A stretch of 64,000 nucleotides of DNA from an uncultured delta proteobacterium (GTDB taxonomy: Bacteria > Myxococcota > Myxococcia > Myxococcales > Anaeromyxobacteraceae): positions 64,001-128,000 of the forward strand of contig CAWFDF010000014.1 in the NCBI GenBank assembly GCA_963814585.1. The letters are read 5' to 3'. Under the pieces are notes generated by a model that did not search any database, was not told where the DNA came from, and worked only from the letters and a program-made list of their open reading frames with translations. Made by a program: the position numbers and the translations under genes. How positions within the stretch are numbered: position 1 is the stretch's first letter; every line of letters starts with the position of its first letter. Positions 32,881 to 46,140 of the stretch are shown in pieces.

Positions 32881-33378
32881 CTAGGCCTTCGCCGAGGCAG
32901 CCCGCTTCGCCGCCTTGGCCTTCTCGTGCTTGGTCACCGGCGCCGGGACCAGCTCTACGCTGCCACCAGCCTTCTCGATGATGGCGCGCGCGCCGGCGGT
33001 GACCCGCTCCACCTTCACGGTCACCTTGCTGGTCAGCTCGCCGCTGCCGAGCACCACCACGCCGTCGAAGCGGCCGCGGACCAGGTTGCCCGACCGGAGC
33101 ACGGTCTCGTCGACCACGCCGGAGAGCCCCTCGAGGTCGGCGACCTGGACCTCGGCGAACTCGCGCCGGAAGACGTTCTTGAAGCCGAACTTCGGGAGGC
33201 GCCGCTGCAGCGGCATCTGGCCGCCCTCGAAGCCCGCGAAGTGCATGTTCCCGGAGCGGGCCTTCTGGCCCTTGCCGCCGCGGCCGGCCGTCTTGCCGAG
33301 GCCGGAGCCCTGGCCACGACCCACCCGCTTGCGGACCTTGGTGGCGCCCTTGGGCACCTTGAGCGAATTGAGCGACAT
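32881..33378 (-). CDS. rplO: 50S ribosomal protein L15
   Basis: [30 protein letters not shown]. Confidence 0.97.
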   Translation of the reverse strand: MSLNSLKVPKGATKVRKRVGRGQGSGLGKTAGRGGKGQKARSGNMHFAGFEGGQMPLQRRLPKFGFKNVFRREFAEVQVADLEGLSGVVDETVLRSGNLVRGRFDGVVVLGSGELTSKVTVKVERVTAGARAIIEKAGGSVELVPAPVTKHEKAKAAKRAASAKA

Positions 33379-33408
33379 GCGGAGTTCTCCTTCTAACACG
33401 GGGCCGCG

Positions 33409-33642
33409 CTAGGAGCGCGCCGCCGCCTTGGAGCGGGCCTTGCGGCCGGCGGGGGCGGGAGCGTCGATGCGCTCCCACTCGATCAGGTAGGACACCTTGG
33501 AGATCATCCCCATGGTCTGGGGCGTATCCGGCAGGACCTTCACCGAGTTGGTCTTCTTGAGGCCGAGCCCCACGACCGTGGTCCGGTGGGAGGCCGGGAT
33601 GCCGGACAGCCCGTGGACCAGCTTCACCTTGATGGCAGCCAT
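33409..33642 (-). CDS. rpmD: 50S ribosomal protein L30
   Basis: [15 protein letters not shown]...DTP...GMI.KV; tail of ORF 33409..34584. Confidence 0.93.
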   Translation of the reverse strand: MAAIKVKLVHGLSGIPASHRTTVVGLGLKKTNSVKVLPDTPQTMGMISKVSYLIEWERIDAPAPAGRKARSKAAARS

Positions 33643-33650
33643 GGTTGCTC

Positions 33651-34156
33651 CTAGCCCTGGATCTCGGCGAGGGTCTTGCCGCGCCGCTTGGCGGTGTCCT
33701 CGGCGGTGCGGAGCCTGCTTCAGGCCGGCCACCGTCGCCTTGAGGACGTTGTGCGGGTTGCGTGAGCCCTGGCACTTGGTGAGCACGTTGCGGACGCCGG
33801 CCGCCTCGAGGACGGCGCGGACGGCGCCGCCGGCGATGACGCCGGTGCCCTCGCCGGCCGGCTTGAGCAGCACCCAGCCCGGCGCCGAAGTGGCCGAGCA
33901 CCTCGTGCGGGATGGTGGTGCCGACGAGCGGCACCTTGAAGAGGTTCTTCTTGGCCTGGTCGCCGCCCTTGCGGATGGCCTCGGGGACCTCGTTGGCCTT
34001 GCCGAGGCCGACGCCGACGTGCCCCTGCCCGTCGCCCACGACGACGAGCGCGGAGAAGCTGAAGCGCCGGCCGCCCTTGACCACCTTGGCGACGCGGTTG
34101 ATGTGGACGACGCGGTCGGAGAGATCCAGATCGTTCGCGTTGATGGGAGTAGCCAT
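33651..34156 (-). CDS. rpsE: 30S ribosomal protein S5 (apparent frameshifts near 33880 and 33715)
   Basis: [27 protein letters not shown]. Confidence 0.95.
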
Positions 34157-34183
34157 GGTTTCTGATCCTTTGCTGGCGAGCGC

Positions 34184-34544
34184 CTAGAAGAGCAGCCCAC
34201 CCTCGCGCGCGCCGGCGGCAATCGCCTCGACGCGGCCGTGGTAGTCGAAGCCGTTGCGGTCGAAGACCACGGCGGTGATCCCCTTCGCCAGGGCGGCCTT
34301 GGCCAGCGCCACGCCCGACCTTCTTGGCGGCGGCGGTCTTGTCGTCCTCGGAGACCTCCTCCTTGAGCCCCTTGGCCGTGCTGCCGATGCTGACCAGGGT
34401 GGTCCCGGCCACGTCGTCCACCAGCTGGGCGTACATGTGCTTGAGGCTCCTGTAGATCGTCAGCCGCGGACGCGCGGCGGTGCCGGAGATCTTCCTGCGG
34501 ATACGAGCCTTGCGCTTCTCGCGCGACGTCACCTTCCGTGCCAT
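34184..34544 (-). CDS. rplR: 50S ribosomal protein L18 (apparent frameshift near 34315)
   Basis: [32 protein letters not shown] lies in the shifted frame. Confidence 0.93.
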
Positions 34545-34603
34545 GGAGCTCCTCCGTGCGGCGGCGACGGCTCAGCCGCCGCATGAGTGGTTGGGGGCGG
34601 GGC

Positions 34604-35147
34604 TTACGCCGCGCCGGTCTTGCCTTCCTTGCGACGAACCGTCTCCTCCGCGTACTTGATGCCCTTGCCCTTGTACGGCTCGGGCGGTCGGAGGGCGCGG
34701 ATCTTGGCGGCGGTCAGGCCGAGCAGGTGCTTGTCGACGCCCTTGATGGTCACGCGGGTCTGCTTGGGATCGACCTCGGCGGTGACGCCCTCGGGGAGCT
34801 TGAAGACCACCGGGTGCGAGAAGCCCAGGGTGAAGTTGATCTCCTTCCCCTTGACCTCGGCCTTGAAGCCGACGCCGCTGATCTCCAGCACCCGCTCGTA
34901 GCCCTTGGCGACGCCGTCGATGGCGTTCCGCAGCAGGGTGCGGGTGAGGCCGTGCAGCCCCTTGGCGAGGCGGCTCTCGTCGGGGCGGGAGACCTTGACC
35001 TCGCCGCCGCCGACCTCGACCTTCATCACCGGGTTGAAGGCCAGGGACATCTTGCCCTTGGGTCCCTCGAACCTGACGGTGGTTCCGGTGATCGACGACC
35101 TTGACCTTCTCGGGAATCTTGACTGGCAGCTTGCCGATGCGGGACAT
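34604..35147 (-). CDS. rplF: 50S ribosomal protein L6 (apparent frameshift near 35092)
   Basis: [21 protein letters not shown]. Confidence 0.95.
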
Positions 35148-35157
35148 GTCGGCTCCC

Positions 35158-35556
35158 TTACCAAACCGTGCAGATCAGCTCGCCGCCGACCTTCTGCTTG
35201 CGAGCCTCGCGGTCGACCATCAGGCCCTTGCTGGTGGACAGGATGGCGACGCCGAGGCCGTTGAGGACGCGAGGAATCTCGTCGGTGGCCACGTAGCGAC
35301 GCAGGCCGGGCTTGCTGACCCGCTTGATGTCGCTGATGGCCGGCTCGCGGTCCGGGCCGTACTTCAGGATGATGGTGATGGCGCCCTGTACGCCGTCCTC
35401 GTGCTTGAGGAAGTCCTGGATGAAGCCCTCGCTCTTGAGGACCTCCGCCAGGCGCAGCTTCAGGCCCGAGGCCGGGACCAGCACCTTCTCGTGACGTGCC
35501 GACGAGGCATTGCGGATGCGCGTCAGCATGTCGCCAATGGGATCGGTAAAGCTCAT
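35158..35556 (-). CDS. rpsH: 30S ribosomal protein S8
   Basis: [21 protein letters not shown]. Confidence 0.98.
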   Translation of the reverse strand: MSFTDPIGDMLTRIRNASSARHEKVLVPASGLKLRLAEVLKSEGFIQDFLKHEDGVQGAITIILKYGPDREPAISDIKRVSKPGLRRYVATDEIPRVLNGLGVAILSTSKGLMVDREARKQKVGGELICTVW

Positions 35557-35568
35557 CGACGGTCTCCC

Positions 35569-35754
35569 TTACCAGCTCGACTTGATGACGCCGGTGATCT
35601 CGCCCTGCAGCGCACGCTTGCGGAAGCAGAGCCGGCACATCTGGAACTTGCGGAGGAAGGCGCGCGGCCGGCCGCAGAGCGGGCAGCGGTTGTACTGGCG
35701 CACCTTGAACTTCAACTTGCGCTTGGCCTGCGCCATCTTGGAAAGCTTGGCCAT
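35569..35754 (-). CDS. rpsN: 30S ribosomal protein S14 (Zn-binding type Z)
   Basis: 61 aa, RCPLCGR..CRLCFR. Confidence 0.96.
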   Translation of the reverse strand: MAKLSKMAQAKRKLKFKVRQYNRCPLCGRPRAFLRKFQMCRLCFRKRALQGEITGVIKSSW

Positions 35755-35778
35755 GGTGGTCTCCTGATCCCCTGGGGC

Positions 35779-36321
35779 TTAGGTGCGGAACGGCATGCCG
35801 AGGAAGCGGAGCAGGGCGCGCCCCCCCTCGTCGTCGCGGGCCGTCGTCACCACGGTGATGTTCAGCCCCTTGATCTTCTCGACCTGGTCGTAGTTGATCT
35901 CGGGGAAGATGATCTGCTCGCGGATGCCGAGCGTGTAGTTGCCCTTGCCGTCGAAGGCCTTGGGCGACACGCCCTTGAAGTCACGGACGCGCGGCAGCGC
36001 GATGGACACCAGGCGGTCGAAGAACTCGTACATGCGATCGCCGCGCAGCGTCACCATGGCGCCGATGCTCTGGCCCTGGCGCAGCTTGAAGTTGGCGATC
36101 GACTTCCGCGCCTTGGTCACGACCGGCTTCTGGCCGGTGATGGAGGCCAGCTGGGCCACCGAGGCGTCGATGATCTTGCCGTTGTTGATGGCCTCGCCCA
36201 GCCCCATGTTGACCACGATCTTCTCGAGGCGAGGGACCTGCATGGGGTTGCCGTACCCGAACTCCTTCATCAGGGCGGGGAGGACTTCCTTCTCGTATCG
36301 TTCCTTCAGTCGCGTTGCCAT
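35779..36321 (-). CDS. rplE: 50S ribosomal protein L5
   Basis: [26 protein letters not shown]. Confidence 0.98.
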   Translation of the reverse strand: MATRLKERYEKEVLPALMKEFGYGNPMQVPRLEKIVVNMGLGEAINNGKIIDASVAQLASITGQKPVVTKARKSIANFKLRQGQSIGAMVTLRGDRMYEFFDRLVSIALPRVRDFKGVSPKAFDGKGNYTLGIREQIIFPEINYDQVEKIKGLNITVVTTARDDEGGRALLRFLGMPFRT

Positions 36322-36382
36322 CGTCGTCTCTCCTGGCCTTCGGCCGGCTCCTGCTGGATTGCCGGGCGATGCGTTGGACTGC

Positions 36383-36697
36383 CTACTTCCCTGCCTTGCG
36401 CCTGGCGAGGCGGGCCTTCTCCTTGGCGCCGAGCTCGCGCGCCACCTTCTCGAGGCGGACCGTCTTCCCGCCCGCCACCACCATCACGTTCGAGATGGCG
36501 ACGGTGCCCGGCTGCTCGACGATGCCGCCCTCCGGGTTGGCCTGGTTGCGGCCCTTCCGGACGTGGCGCTTCACCGTCATGAGCTTCTCGATCCGGACGC
36601 GCCCCTCCTCGCGGAGGACCTCCAGCACGTTTCCGGACTTCCCCTTCTCCTTGCCGGCGATCACCTTGACGGTGTCGCCCTTGCGGATGACGGGCAT
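36383..36697 (-). CDS. rplX: 50S ribosomal protein L24
   Basis: [22 protein letters not shown]. Confidence 0.96.
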   Translation of the reverse strand: MPVIRKGDTVKVIAGKEKGKSGNVLEVLREEGRVRIEKLMTVKRHVRKGRNQANPEGGIVEQPGTVAISNVMVVAGGKTVRLEKVARELGAKEKARLARRKAGK

Positions 36698-36699
36698 GG

Positions 36700-37068
36700 T
36701 TACAGGACCTCCGGCGCCAGGCTGATGATCTTCATGAACTTGCGGGCGCGCAGCTCGCGGGCGACCGGCCCGAAGATGCGGGTCCCGACCGGCTCCAGGT
36801 CCTTGTTGATGAGGACCGCGCTGTTGCCGTCGAAGCGGATGTAGCTGCCGTCGGGGCGCTTCACCTCGCGGGCGGTGCGGACGATGACGGCGCGAGCCAC
36901 CTCGCCCTTCTTCACCTTGGCCTGCGGGATGGCCTCACGGACCGACACCACGATGACGTCGCCGAGCGAGGCGTAACGACGCTTCGATCCGCCGAGCACC
37001 TTGATGCACATCACCTTCTTGGCGCCGGAGTTGTCGGCCACGTCGAGGATCGTCTGCATCTGGATCAC
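36700..37068 (-). CDS. rplN: 50S ribosomal protein L14
   Basis: [32 protein letters not shown] start. Confidence 0.97.
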   Translation of the reverse strand: MIQMQTILDVADNSGAKKVMCIKVLGGSKRRYASLGDVIVVSVREAIPQAKVKKGEVARAVIVRTAREVKRPDGSYIRFDGNSAVLINKDLEPVGTRIFGPVARELRARKFMKIISLAPEVL

Positions 37069-37070
37069 GG

Positions 37071-37340
37071 CTACACCTCCGTCGCCTTCTCGATGATCTC
37101 GACCACCCGCCAGTGCTTGTCCTTCGACATCGGCCGGGTCTCGACCATCCTGACCTTGTCGCCCGGGCGGCACTCCTGCTTCTCGTCGTGCGCCTTGTAC
37201 TTCTTGGCCTGGGTGACGATCTTCCCGTACTGCCGGTCCGGCACGCGGCGCTCCACCTTGACGACCACCGTCTTGGTCATCTTGTTGGAGAGCACCACGC
37301 CGACCCGGGACTTCCGGTTTCCGCGCTCCATGTCCGTCAC
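37071..37340 (-). CDS. rpsQ: 30S ribosomal protein S17
   Basis: [20 protein letters not shown]. Confidence 0.97.
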   Translation of the reverse strand: MTDMERGNRKSRVGVVLSNKMTKTVVVKVERRVPDRQYGKIVTQAKKYKAHDEKQECRPGDKVRMVETRPMSKDKHWRVVEIIEKATEV

Positions 37341-37555
37341 TCCTTCGCCTTCCGGGCCTTGGCCCCGAGGTCCTTGGCGCGCGCCACCGTCAGGCAGCGG
37401 GCCACCTCGCGGCGGGTCTTGGTGAGCTCGGCGGTCGAGTCGAGCACGCCCGTCGACGCCTTGTTCTTGAGCTCGAAGAGGCTCTTCTTGAGCTCGGCCG
37501 CGCGAGCGACCAGCTCCACCTGCGACAGCTCTCCCAGTTCCTTCACCGTTGCCAT
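37337..37555 (-). CDS. rpmC: 50S ribosomal protein L29
   Basis: Size, position and LF.L..RREVAR..T. Confidence 0.92.
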   Translation of the reverse strand: MATVKELGELSQVELVARAAELKKSLFELKNKASTGVLDSTAELTKTRREVARCLTVARAKDLGAKARKAKE

Positions 37556-37568
37556 GACGTCCCCTCTC

Positions 37569-37985
37569 CTAGAGCGTCGCGCCGCGCTTGACGAGCTTGG
37601 TCGAGACCGGGAGCTTGTGGGCCGCCAGGCCGAACGCCTTCTTGGCCGTGGCGTCGTCGCAGCCTTCCATCTCGTAGAGCATGCGCCCGGGCTTCACGAC
37701 GGCCACGTAGTACTCCACGTTGCCCTTGCCCGTGCCCATGCGGGTCTCGGCGGGCTTCTTGGTGATGGGCTTGTCCGGGAAGACCCGGATCCAGAGCTTG
37801 CCACCGCGCTTCACGTAGCGGGTGATGGCGACGCGGGCCGCCTCGATCTGGCGGGCGGTCAGGTAGCCGCACTCGGTGGCCTGCAGGCCGTATTCGCCCA
37901 GGGCCAGGTCCGAGCCGCGGTAGGCCTTGCCCCGCATGCGGCCCTTCATCATCTTCCGATACTTGGTACGAGCAGGCTGAAGCAT
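37569..37985 (-). CDS. rplP: 50S ribosomal protein L16
   Basis: [18 protein letters not shown]. Confidence 0.98.
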   Translation of the reverse strand: MLQPARTKYRKMMKGRMRGKAYRGSDLALGEYGLQATECGYLTARQIEAARVAITRYVKRGGKLWIRVFPDKPITKKPAETRMGTGKGNVEYYVAVVKPGRMLYEMEGCDDATAKKAFGLAAHKLPVSTKLVKRGATL

Positions 37986-38006
37986 GTCCCTCTCCTGTCC
38001 TTCGCC

Positions 38007-38682
<676 letters not shown>

Positions 38683-38699
38683 GTTCGTCTCCTTGGCCG

Positions 38700-39134
38700 C
38701 TAGCGGCCAGCGGTCCCGAGTTCCACGTACACGTGGCTCGTCTTCTTTTCGATCCGGAAGGCGCGACCCATGGCGCGCGGCATGAAGCGCCGCATCTTCG
38801 GCCCCTGGTCGACGGTGAGCGTCTTGACGACGAGCGCGTCGACGTCGACCCGCCCGCCCTTCCCCTCGGCGTTGGCGACCGCCGAGCGGAGCAGCTTGGC
38901 CAGCGGCTTGGCGGCCGCCTGCGGGCGGTACTTCAGCTCCGCCAGGGCGCTGCCCACCGGCATGCCGCGGATGGTGTCGGCCACCAGCCGCACCTTGCGC
39001 GGCGCCAGCCGCAGGAAGCGCAGGCTGGCATGCGGCCCGGCCACCGGCGGCGCCGGGCGGTTCTTGCGGGAGCGCGGCAGCGGCGGGGCGCGCCGCTCAC
39101 GCTTGACGGTCTTCTTGGTCTCGGTCTCGGCCAT
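38700..39134 (-). CDS. rplV: 50S ribosomal protein L22 (basic N-terminal extension)
   Basis: [24 protein letters not shown]. Confidence 0.96.
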   Translation of the reverse strand: MAETETKKTVKRERRAPPLPRSRKNRPAPPVAGPHASLRFLRLAPRKVRLVADTIRGMPVGSALAELKYRPQAAAKPLAKLLRSAVANAEGKGGRVDVDALVVKTLTVDQGPKMRRFMPRAMGRAFRIEKKTSHVYVELGTAGR

Positions 39135-39146
39135 GTCCGTTCCTCG

Positions 39147-39446
39147 CTACTTCCTGGGCGGCGGCGCGGTGGTCGTCGCGACCTTCTTCTCCGCCGAGTG
39201 TCCGACGAAGGTCCGGGTCGGGGCGAACTCGCCGAGCTTGTGCCCGACCATGTTCTCGGTCACGAAGACGGGCACGAACTTCTTGCCGTTGTGCACGGCG
39301 AAGGTGTGACCCACGAACTCGGGGAGGATGGTGCACCGCCGCGACCAGGTCTTGATGACCGACTTCTTGTTGCCCTTGTTCGCCTCCTCCACCTTCTTGG
39401 TGAGGTGCTTGTCGACGAACGGGCCCTTCTTGATTGAACGTGCCAT
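39147..39446 (-). CDS. rpsS: 30S ribosomal protein S19
   Basis: [21 protein letters not shown]. Confidence 0.98.
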   Translation of the reverse strand: MARSIKKGPFVDKHLTKKVEEANKGNKKSVIKTWSRRCTILPEFVGHTFAVHNGKKFVPVFVTENMVGHKLGEFAPTRTFVGHSAEKKVATTTAPPPRK

Positions 39447-39470
39447 TTTTCCCTGGTCCCTTCTCGCAGG

Positions 39471-40320
39471 CTACTGGGGCGTGTTGCGCACGCCCGGCTT
39501 CCGCCGCGAGACGATGAACTTGTCGGTGCGCCGGTTGTTGCGGGTCTTGAGGCCCTTGGTCTTCTGACCCCAGGGCGAGACCGGGTGCGGGTTGCCCTGC
39601 CCCGACTTGCCCTCGCCGCCACCGTGCGGGTGGTCGACCGGGTTCATGGCCAGGCCGCGGACGGTCGGGCGGATGCCCTTCCAGCGGCTCTTGCCGGCCT
39701 TGCCGCTGCGGACGCTGGAGCTCTCGATGTTGGAGAGCTGGCCCACGGTGGCCCGGCAGTCCTGCTGCACCTGCCGGACCTCGCCGGAAGGCAGGCGGAT
39801 CTGGGCGAACTCGCCCTCCTTGGCCATCAGCTGGCCGAAGGAGCCCGCCGAGCGGATCATCTGGGCGCCGCGAGCCTGGCTGGCTCTCCACGTTGTGGAT
39901 GACGGTGCCGAGCGGGATGTTCTTGCAGCGGCAGCGTGTTGCCGGGGCGGATGTCGACCGCCGGGCCCGACATGAGCACGTCGCCCACCGCCACGCCGAG
40001 CGGCGCGAGGATGTAGCGCTTCTCGCCGTCCGCGTAGTGGAGCAGCGCCAGCCGGGAGGTGCGGTTGGGGTCGTACTCGATGGAGGCCACCTTGGCCGGC
40101 ACGCCGTCCTTGTCCCGCCGAAGTCGATGAGGCGGTAGCGGCGCTTGTGGCCGCCGCCGCTGTGGCGGGTGGTGATGTGCCCGTGGTTGTTTCGCCCGCC
40201 GGTCGCGCTTGACCGTCCTGGTCAGCTTCTTCTCCGGCTTGGCCTTGGTGATCTCGGCGAAGTCGGCGACCGTCATGTGGCGCCGGGCGGAACGGTCGGC
40301 TTGTAGCTCTTGAGGCCCAT
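39471..40320 (-). CDS. rplB: 50S ribosomal protein L2 (several apparent frameshifts)
   Basis: [20 protein letters not shown] and [13 protein letters not shown] lie in different frames. Confidence 0.95.
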
Positions 40321-40332
40321 GATCTCTCCCGG

Positions 40333-40633
40333 TTAGGCCGAGGTCCCCTCGAAGAGGTCGATGGTGTCGCCGTCCTTGAGGGTCACGAAGGCCTTCTTCC
40401 AATTGGGCCGCCGGCCGGAGCTCCGGCCCACCCGCTTGTTCTTGCCCCGCGCGATGGCGGTGCGGACGGCGATCACGTGGACGTTGAACAGCTTCTCGAC
40501 CGCCTGCTTGCATCTCGATCTTGGTGGCATCGCGGTGAACCTCGAAGGCGAACGAGCGGCTGGACTCGCGGTTGCGCTCCGCCTTCTCGGTGATGAGCGG
40601 GCGCTTCACGATCTCCTCGACGGTCAGGATCAT
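40333..40633 (-). CDS. rplW: 50S ribosomal protein L23 (apparent frameshift near 40510)
   Basis: [19 protein letters not shown]. Confidence 0.93.
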
Positions 40634-41251
40634 GACGAGGGCCTCCTCGATCTTCCTGGCGGTGGCCGCGGTGAGGATGAGCGAGTCGTGCTTGAGGATG
40701 TCGTAGACGTTCAGCCCCTCGACGGCGAGGAAGTCCGCGCCGGCGAGGTTCCGGACCGACCTGGCGAGGGCGACGTTGGCACCGTCGTCCACCACCAGCG
40801 CCTTCTTCGCGCCGAGCTTGGCCAGCACCTTGGCCGCGGCGGCGGTCTTGGGCGCGGCCGGCTCCCACTTGTCGACGATCAGCAGCTGCCGCCCGCTGCC
40901 GCGGAGGGCCAGCGCCGAGCGCAGGGCCGCCTTGCGGACCTTCTTGGGCACGTCGTAGGCGTAGTCGCGGGGCTTCGGCCCCATGGCCTTGCCGCCGCCC
41001 ACCCAGTGGGAGGCGCGGGTCGAGCCCTGGCGGGCGCGGCCGGTGCCCTTCTGCTTCCAGGGCTTCCTGCCGCCGCCGGACACGAGGGAGCGGTTCTTGA
41101 CCGCGTGGGTCCCGGCGCGGTCGGAGGCCAGCTTGGCCTTCACCACTTCGTAGAAGAGATGCTCATTCACCTCGCCGGCGAAGACGGCGTCGGCGAGCTC
41201 CAGCTCACCCACCTTCTTCTTCTCGAGGTCGTAGACGTCGAACTTGGCCAT
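40630..41251 (-). CDS. rplD: 50S ribosomal protein L4 (stop displaced by an apparent indel near 40637)
   Basis: [33 protein letters not shown]. Confidence 0.96.
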
Positions 41252-41262
41252 GGTGCCCTCAG

Positions 41263-41568
41263 CTACTTGATCTCGACGTCCACGCCGGCCGAAAGGTCCA
41301 GCTTCATGAGCGCGTCGAGCGTCTGCGGCGTCGGCTCGAGGATGTCGAGGAGCCGCTTGTGGGTCCGGATCTCGAACTGCTCCCGCGACTTCTTGTCGAC
41401 GTGCGGGCTGCGCAGGACGGTGAACTTGTTGATCCTGGTGGGAAGCGGGATCGGGCCGGCCACCTTCGCGCCGGTCCGTCGGGCCGTCTCCACGATCTCG
41501 CTGGCCGACTGATCGAGCAGCTTGTGGTCGTAGGCCTTGAGCCTGATCCGGATCTTCTGCGTCGCCAT
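41263..41568 (-). CDS. rpsJ: 30S ribosomal protein S10
   Basis: [24 protein letters not shown]. Confidence 0.98.
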   Translation of the reverse strand: MATQKIRIRLKAYDHKLLDQSASEIVETARRTGAKVAGPIPLPTRINKFTVLRSPHVDKKSREQFEIRTHKRLLDILEPTPQTLDALMKLDLSAGVDVEIK

Positions 41569-41661
41569 CGAAAGGCCTTCTCTCTCTGCTCGGCGCTGCG
41601 CGGTGAGGTTCGGCTCGCCACTCTCGGCGAGCCCCTCGCCGCCGTCCGCCAGGCGGACTTC

Positions 41662-42853
<1,192 letters not shown>

Positions 42854-42895
42854 GGTGCGCGCTCTCCTTCCCTGCGATCGATGGAGTTGCTTCGG

Positions 42896-44989
42896 CTACT
42901 TGCCAGCGGCGATGGTGCCCTTGGCCTTGCTGACGATGGTCTCGGCGATGCTGTTCGGCACCTGGGCGTAGTGCCCGAAGTGCATGCTGTAGGTGGCCCG
43001 GCCCTGGGTCTTCGACCGCAGGTCGGTGGCGTAGCCGAACATGGTGGCCAGCGGCACCAGGGCGTCGATGACCTGGGCGCCGCCGCGCGAGTTCATGCCC
43101 TGGATCTTGCCGCGGCGGCTGTTCAGGTCGCCGATGACGTCGCCCATGAACTCGTCGGGGGTGACGACCTCGACCTTCATGATCGGCTCGAGCAGGACCG
43201 GCTTGGCCCGGGCCGCGCCCTCCTTGAAGCCCATGGAGCCGGCGATCTTGAAGGCCATCTCGGAGGAGTCGACGTCGTGGTAGCTGCCGTCGGTGACCTC
43301 GACCCGGATGTCGACCACCGGGTAGCCGGCCAGGATGCCCCCCTCCATGGCCTCGACGATGCCCTTCTCGATGGGCTTGATGAACTCCTTGGGGATGGCG
43401 CCGCCGACGATGACGTTCTCGAACTCGAAGCCCTTGCCCGGCTCCTGCGGGATGAGCCGCAGCCAGCAGTGGCCGTACTGACCCTTGCCGCCGGTCTGCC
43501 GGACGTACTTGCCCTCGGCCTCGACGGTCTGGGTGATGGTCTCGCGGTAGGCGACCTGCGGCTTGCCGACGTTGGCCTCCACCTTGAACTCGCGGAGCAT
43601 GCGGTCCACCAGGATCTCGAGGTGGAGCTCGCCCATGCCGCCCATGATGGTCTGGCCGGTCTCCTCGTCGGAGCGGACGTTGAAGGACGGGTCCTCCATC
43701 TGCAGCCGCTGCAGGGCGATGCCCATCTTGTCCTGGTCGGCCTTGGACTTCGGCTCGACGGCCACGAAGATCACCGGCTCCGGGAAGATCATCCGCTCGA
43801 GGATGACGCCGTGGTCCTCGTCGCAGAGGGTGTCGCCGGTGGTGGTGCTGCGCAGGCCCACGGCGGCGGCGATGTCGCCGGCGTAGACCTCCTTGATCTC
43901 CTCGCGCTTGTTGGCGTGCATCTGCAGGATGCGGGAGATGCGCTCCTTCTTGTCCTTGGTGGCGTTGTAGACGTAGGAGCCGGCCTCGAGCTTCCCCGAG
44001 TAGACGCGGAAGAAGGTCAGGTTGCCGACGAACGGATCGTTCATCAGCTTGAACGCCAGGGCACTGAAGGGGGCGCTGTCGGAGCAGCTGCGGAGCACCT
44101 CCACGCCCTTCATGTCCACGCCGGTGATGGGCGGCTTGTCGAGCGGACTGGGGAGGTAGTCCACCACCACGTCGAGGATCTGCTGGACGCCCTTGTTCTT
44201 GAAGGCGGTGCCGCAGATGACCGGGAAGAACTTCATCTCGCAGACGCCCCTGCGGAGCCCGCGCATGACTTCCTGGTTGGTGAGGGGGTGGCCGTCGAGG
44301 TACTTGGCCATGAGCGCGTCGTCGATCTCGGCGACGGCCTCCTCGAGGGCGGCCCGGTACTCCTTGGCCTGATCCACCAGGTCGGCCGGGATCTCGATCT
44401 CCTGGTACTTGGCGCCCATGGTCTCGTCGTCGAAGGTGATGCCCTTCATCTTGACGAGGTCCACCATGCCGCGGAACTTGTCCTCGGCGCCGATGGGGAG
44501 CTGGATGGGCAGCGGCCGCGCGCCCAGCTTCGACTTGATGGTGTCGACCGACATGAAGAAGTCGGCGCCGACGCGATCCATCTTGTTGATGAAGCAGACG
44601 CGGGGGACCTTGTACTTGTCGGCCTGCCGCCACACCGTCTCGGACTGGGGCTCCACGCCGTTCACGGCGTCGAAGACCGCCACGGCGCCGTCGAGGACGC
44701 GGAGCGAGCGCTCCACCTCGATGGTGAAGTCGACGTGGCCGGGGGTGTCGATGATGTTGACGCGGTGCTCGCGCCAGGGGCAGGTGGTGGCGGCGGAGGT
44801 GATGGTGATGCCGCGCTCCCGCTCCTGCTCCATCCAGTCCATGACGGCCGTGCCCTCATGGACCTCGCCGACCTTGTGGGTGACGCCGGTGTAGAAGAGG
44901 ATCCGCTCGGTGGTGGTGGTCTTGCCGGCATCGATGTGCGCCATGATGCCGATGTTGCGGTAGCGCTCGAGGGGATGGGTGCGGGCCAT
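42896..44989 (-). CDS. fusA: Elongation factor G
   Basis: [39 protein letters not shown]. Confidence 0.98.
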   Translation of the reverse strand: MARTHPLERYRNIGIMAHIDAGKTTTTERILFYTGVTHKVGEVHEGTAVMDWMEQERERGITITSAATTCPWREHRVNIIDTPGHVDFTIEVERSLRVLDGAVAVFDAVNGVEPQSETVWRQADKYKVPRVCFINKMDRVGADFFMSVDTIKSKLGARPLPIQLPIGAEDKFRGMVDLVKMKGITFDDETMGAKYQEIEIPADLVDQAKEYRAALEEAVAEIDDALMAKYLDGHPLTNQEVMRGLRRGVCEMKFFPVICGTAFKNKGVQQILDVVVDYLPSPLDKPPITGVDMKGVEVLRSCSDSAPFSALAFKLMNDPFVGNLTFFRVYSGKLEAGSYVYNATKDKKERISRILQMHANKREEIKEVYAGDIAAAVGLRSTTTGDTLCDEDHGVILERMIFPEPVIFVAVEPKSKADQDKMGIALQRLQMEDPSFNVRSDEETGQTIMGGMGELHLEILVDRMLREFKVEANVGKPQVAYRETITQTVEAEGKYVRQTGGKGQYGHCWLRLIPQEPGKGFEFENVIVGGAIPKEFIKPIEKGIVEAMEGGILAGYPVVDIRVEVTDGSYHDVDSSEMAFKIAGSMGFKEGAARAKPVLLEPIMKVEVVTPDEFMGDVIGDLNSRRGKIQGMNSRGGAQVIDALVPLATMFGYATDLRSKTQGRATYSMHFGHYAQVPNSIAETIVSKAKGTIAAGK

Positions 44990-45143
44990 GGTTCGTCTCT
45001 TCCTGATCTTCGTGCGTGCGCGAAACGAGGCCGCCCCCGAGGGCGACTCTCACCACCAAACCGAGCTGTCAAAGAGCGAAGCGGGTCCTATCTCGAACCG
45101 TGCCGGCCCAGCCGGCCGCTCTCCAAGAGCCTCCTCGAATTCC

Positions 45144-45614
45144 TCACCAACGGTAGTGGGCGAAGGCCTTGTTGGCCTCGGCCATCTTGTGCGTGTCCTC
45201 GCGCTTCTTCACCGCGTTGCCGCGGTTCGAGGCCGCATCCATGATCTCGCCAGCCAGCTTCTCGGTCATCGTCTTCTCGCCACGAGCGTGGGAGTACTCG
45301 ATGAGCCAGCGCATCGCCAGGGCCACGCGGCGGTCCTGCCGGACCTCGACCGGGACCTGGTAGGTGGCGCCACCGACGCGGCGGCTCTTCACCTCGACGA
45401 CCGGCTTGACGTTGTCGAGCGCCTTCTTGAAGACCTTGAGCGGGTCGTCCTTGAGCTTGGACTCGACCTGGTCGAAGGCCCCGTAGAGGATCTGCTCGGC
45501 GGTCGACTTCTTGCCCTGCCGCATCAGGTCGTTGATGAACTTGGCCACCAGCCGATCCTGGAACTTCGGATCGGCGAGGATCTTGCGCTTCTCGACTACG
45601 CGGCGACGAGGCAT
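45144..45614 (-). CDS. rpsG: 30S ribosomal protein S7
   Basis: [24 protein letters not shown]. Confidence 0.98.
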   Translation of the reverse strand: MPRRRVVEKRKILADPKFQDRLVAKFINDLMRQGKKSTAEQILYGAFDQVESKLKDDPLKVFKKALDNVKPVVEVKSRRVGGATYQVPVEVRQDRRVALAMRWLIEYSHARGEKTMTEKLAGEIMDAASNRGNAVKKREDTHKMAEANKAFAHYRW

Positions 45615-45658
45615 CGAAAACCCTTATCCGTAGGCTGGGGCGCTGGGCGCCGTTCCAT

Positions 45659-46030
45659 TCAGCTCGGGCGCTTCGCGCCGTACTTCGAGCGGCTCTGCTT
45701 GCGCCCCTGGACGCCGACGGCATCGAGGGTGCCGCGAACGATGTGGTAGCGGACGCCGGGCAGGTCCTTGACGCGGCCCCCACGGATCAGCACCACCGAG
45801 TGCTCCTGCAGGTTGTGGCCGACGCCGGGGATGTAGCTCGTGACCTCGAACCCGTTGGTGAGGCGCACGCGGGCCACCTTGCGGAGGGCCGAGTTCGGCT
45901 TCTTGGGGGTCGTCGTGTAGACGCGCGTGCAGACCCCGCGCTTCTGCGGCGACTCCTTGAGAGCCGGAGCCTTCTTCTTCACGGCGAGCTTCTCGCGCCC
46001 CTTGCGCACGAGCTGGCTGATCGTCGGCAT
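45659..46030 (-). CDS. rpsL: 30S ribosomal protein S12
   Basis: [20 protein letters not shown]. Confidence 0.98.
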   Translation of the reverse strand: MPTISQLVRKGREKLAVKKKAPALKESPQKRGVCTRVYTTTPKKPNSALRKVARVRLTNGFEVTSYIPGVGHNLQEHSVVLIRGGRVKDLPGVRYHIVRGTLDAVGVQGRKQSRSKYGAKRPS

Positions 46031-46112
46031 CGGTGACGGACTCTTTCTTCAGCAAAATCGCCCGTCGACGGTGCGGCGGGCGAACTGGAACCCTCAAAGT
46101 TGAGGGCGGCGA

Positions 46113-46140
46113 ATTATACGGATCCGTCTTCTCAAGTCAA
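46113..46140 (-). promoter_or_regulatory. Sigma-70 promoter of the str/S10 superoperon
   Basis: TTGACT-N16-TATAAT followed by a GC-rich discriminator; -35 overlaps the mutY stop codon. Confidence 0.75.

Noticed and set aside
34556..34584. Hairpin between rplF and rplR as a terminator
   Set aside because: A 10-bp stem with no U-tract in mid-operon; more likely an ordinary stabilising stem.
39857..41251. Apparent L4-L23 fusion protein (464-aa ORF)
   Set aside because: One indel near 40637 restores the usual TCATGA stop/start overlap, and the region is dense with indel errors.
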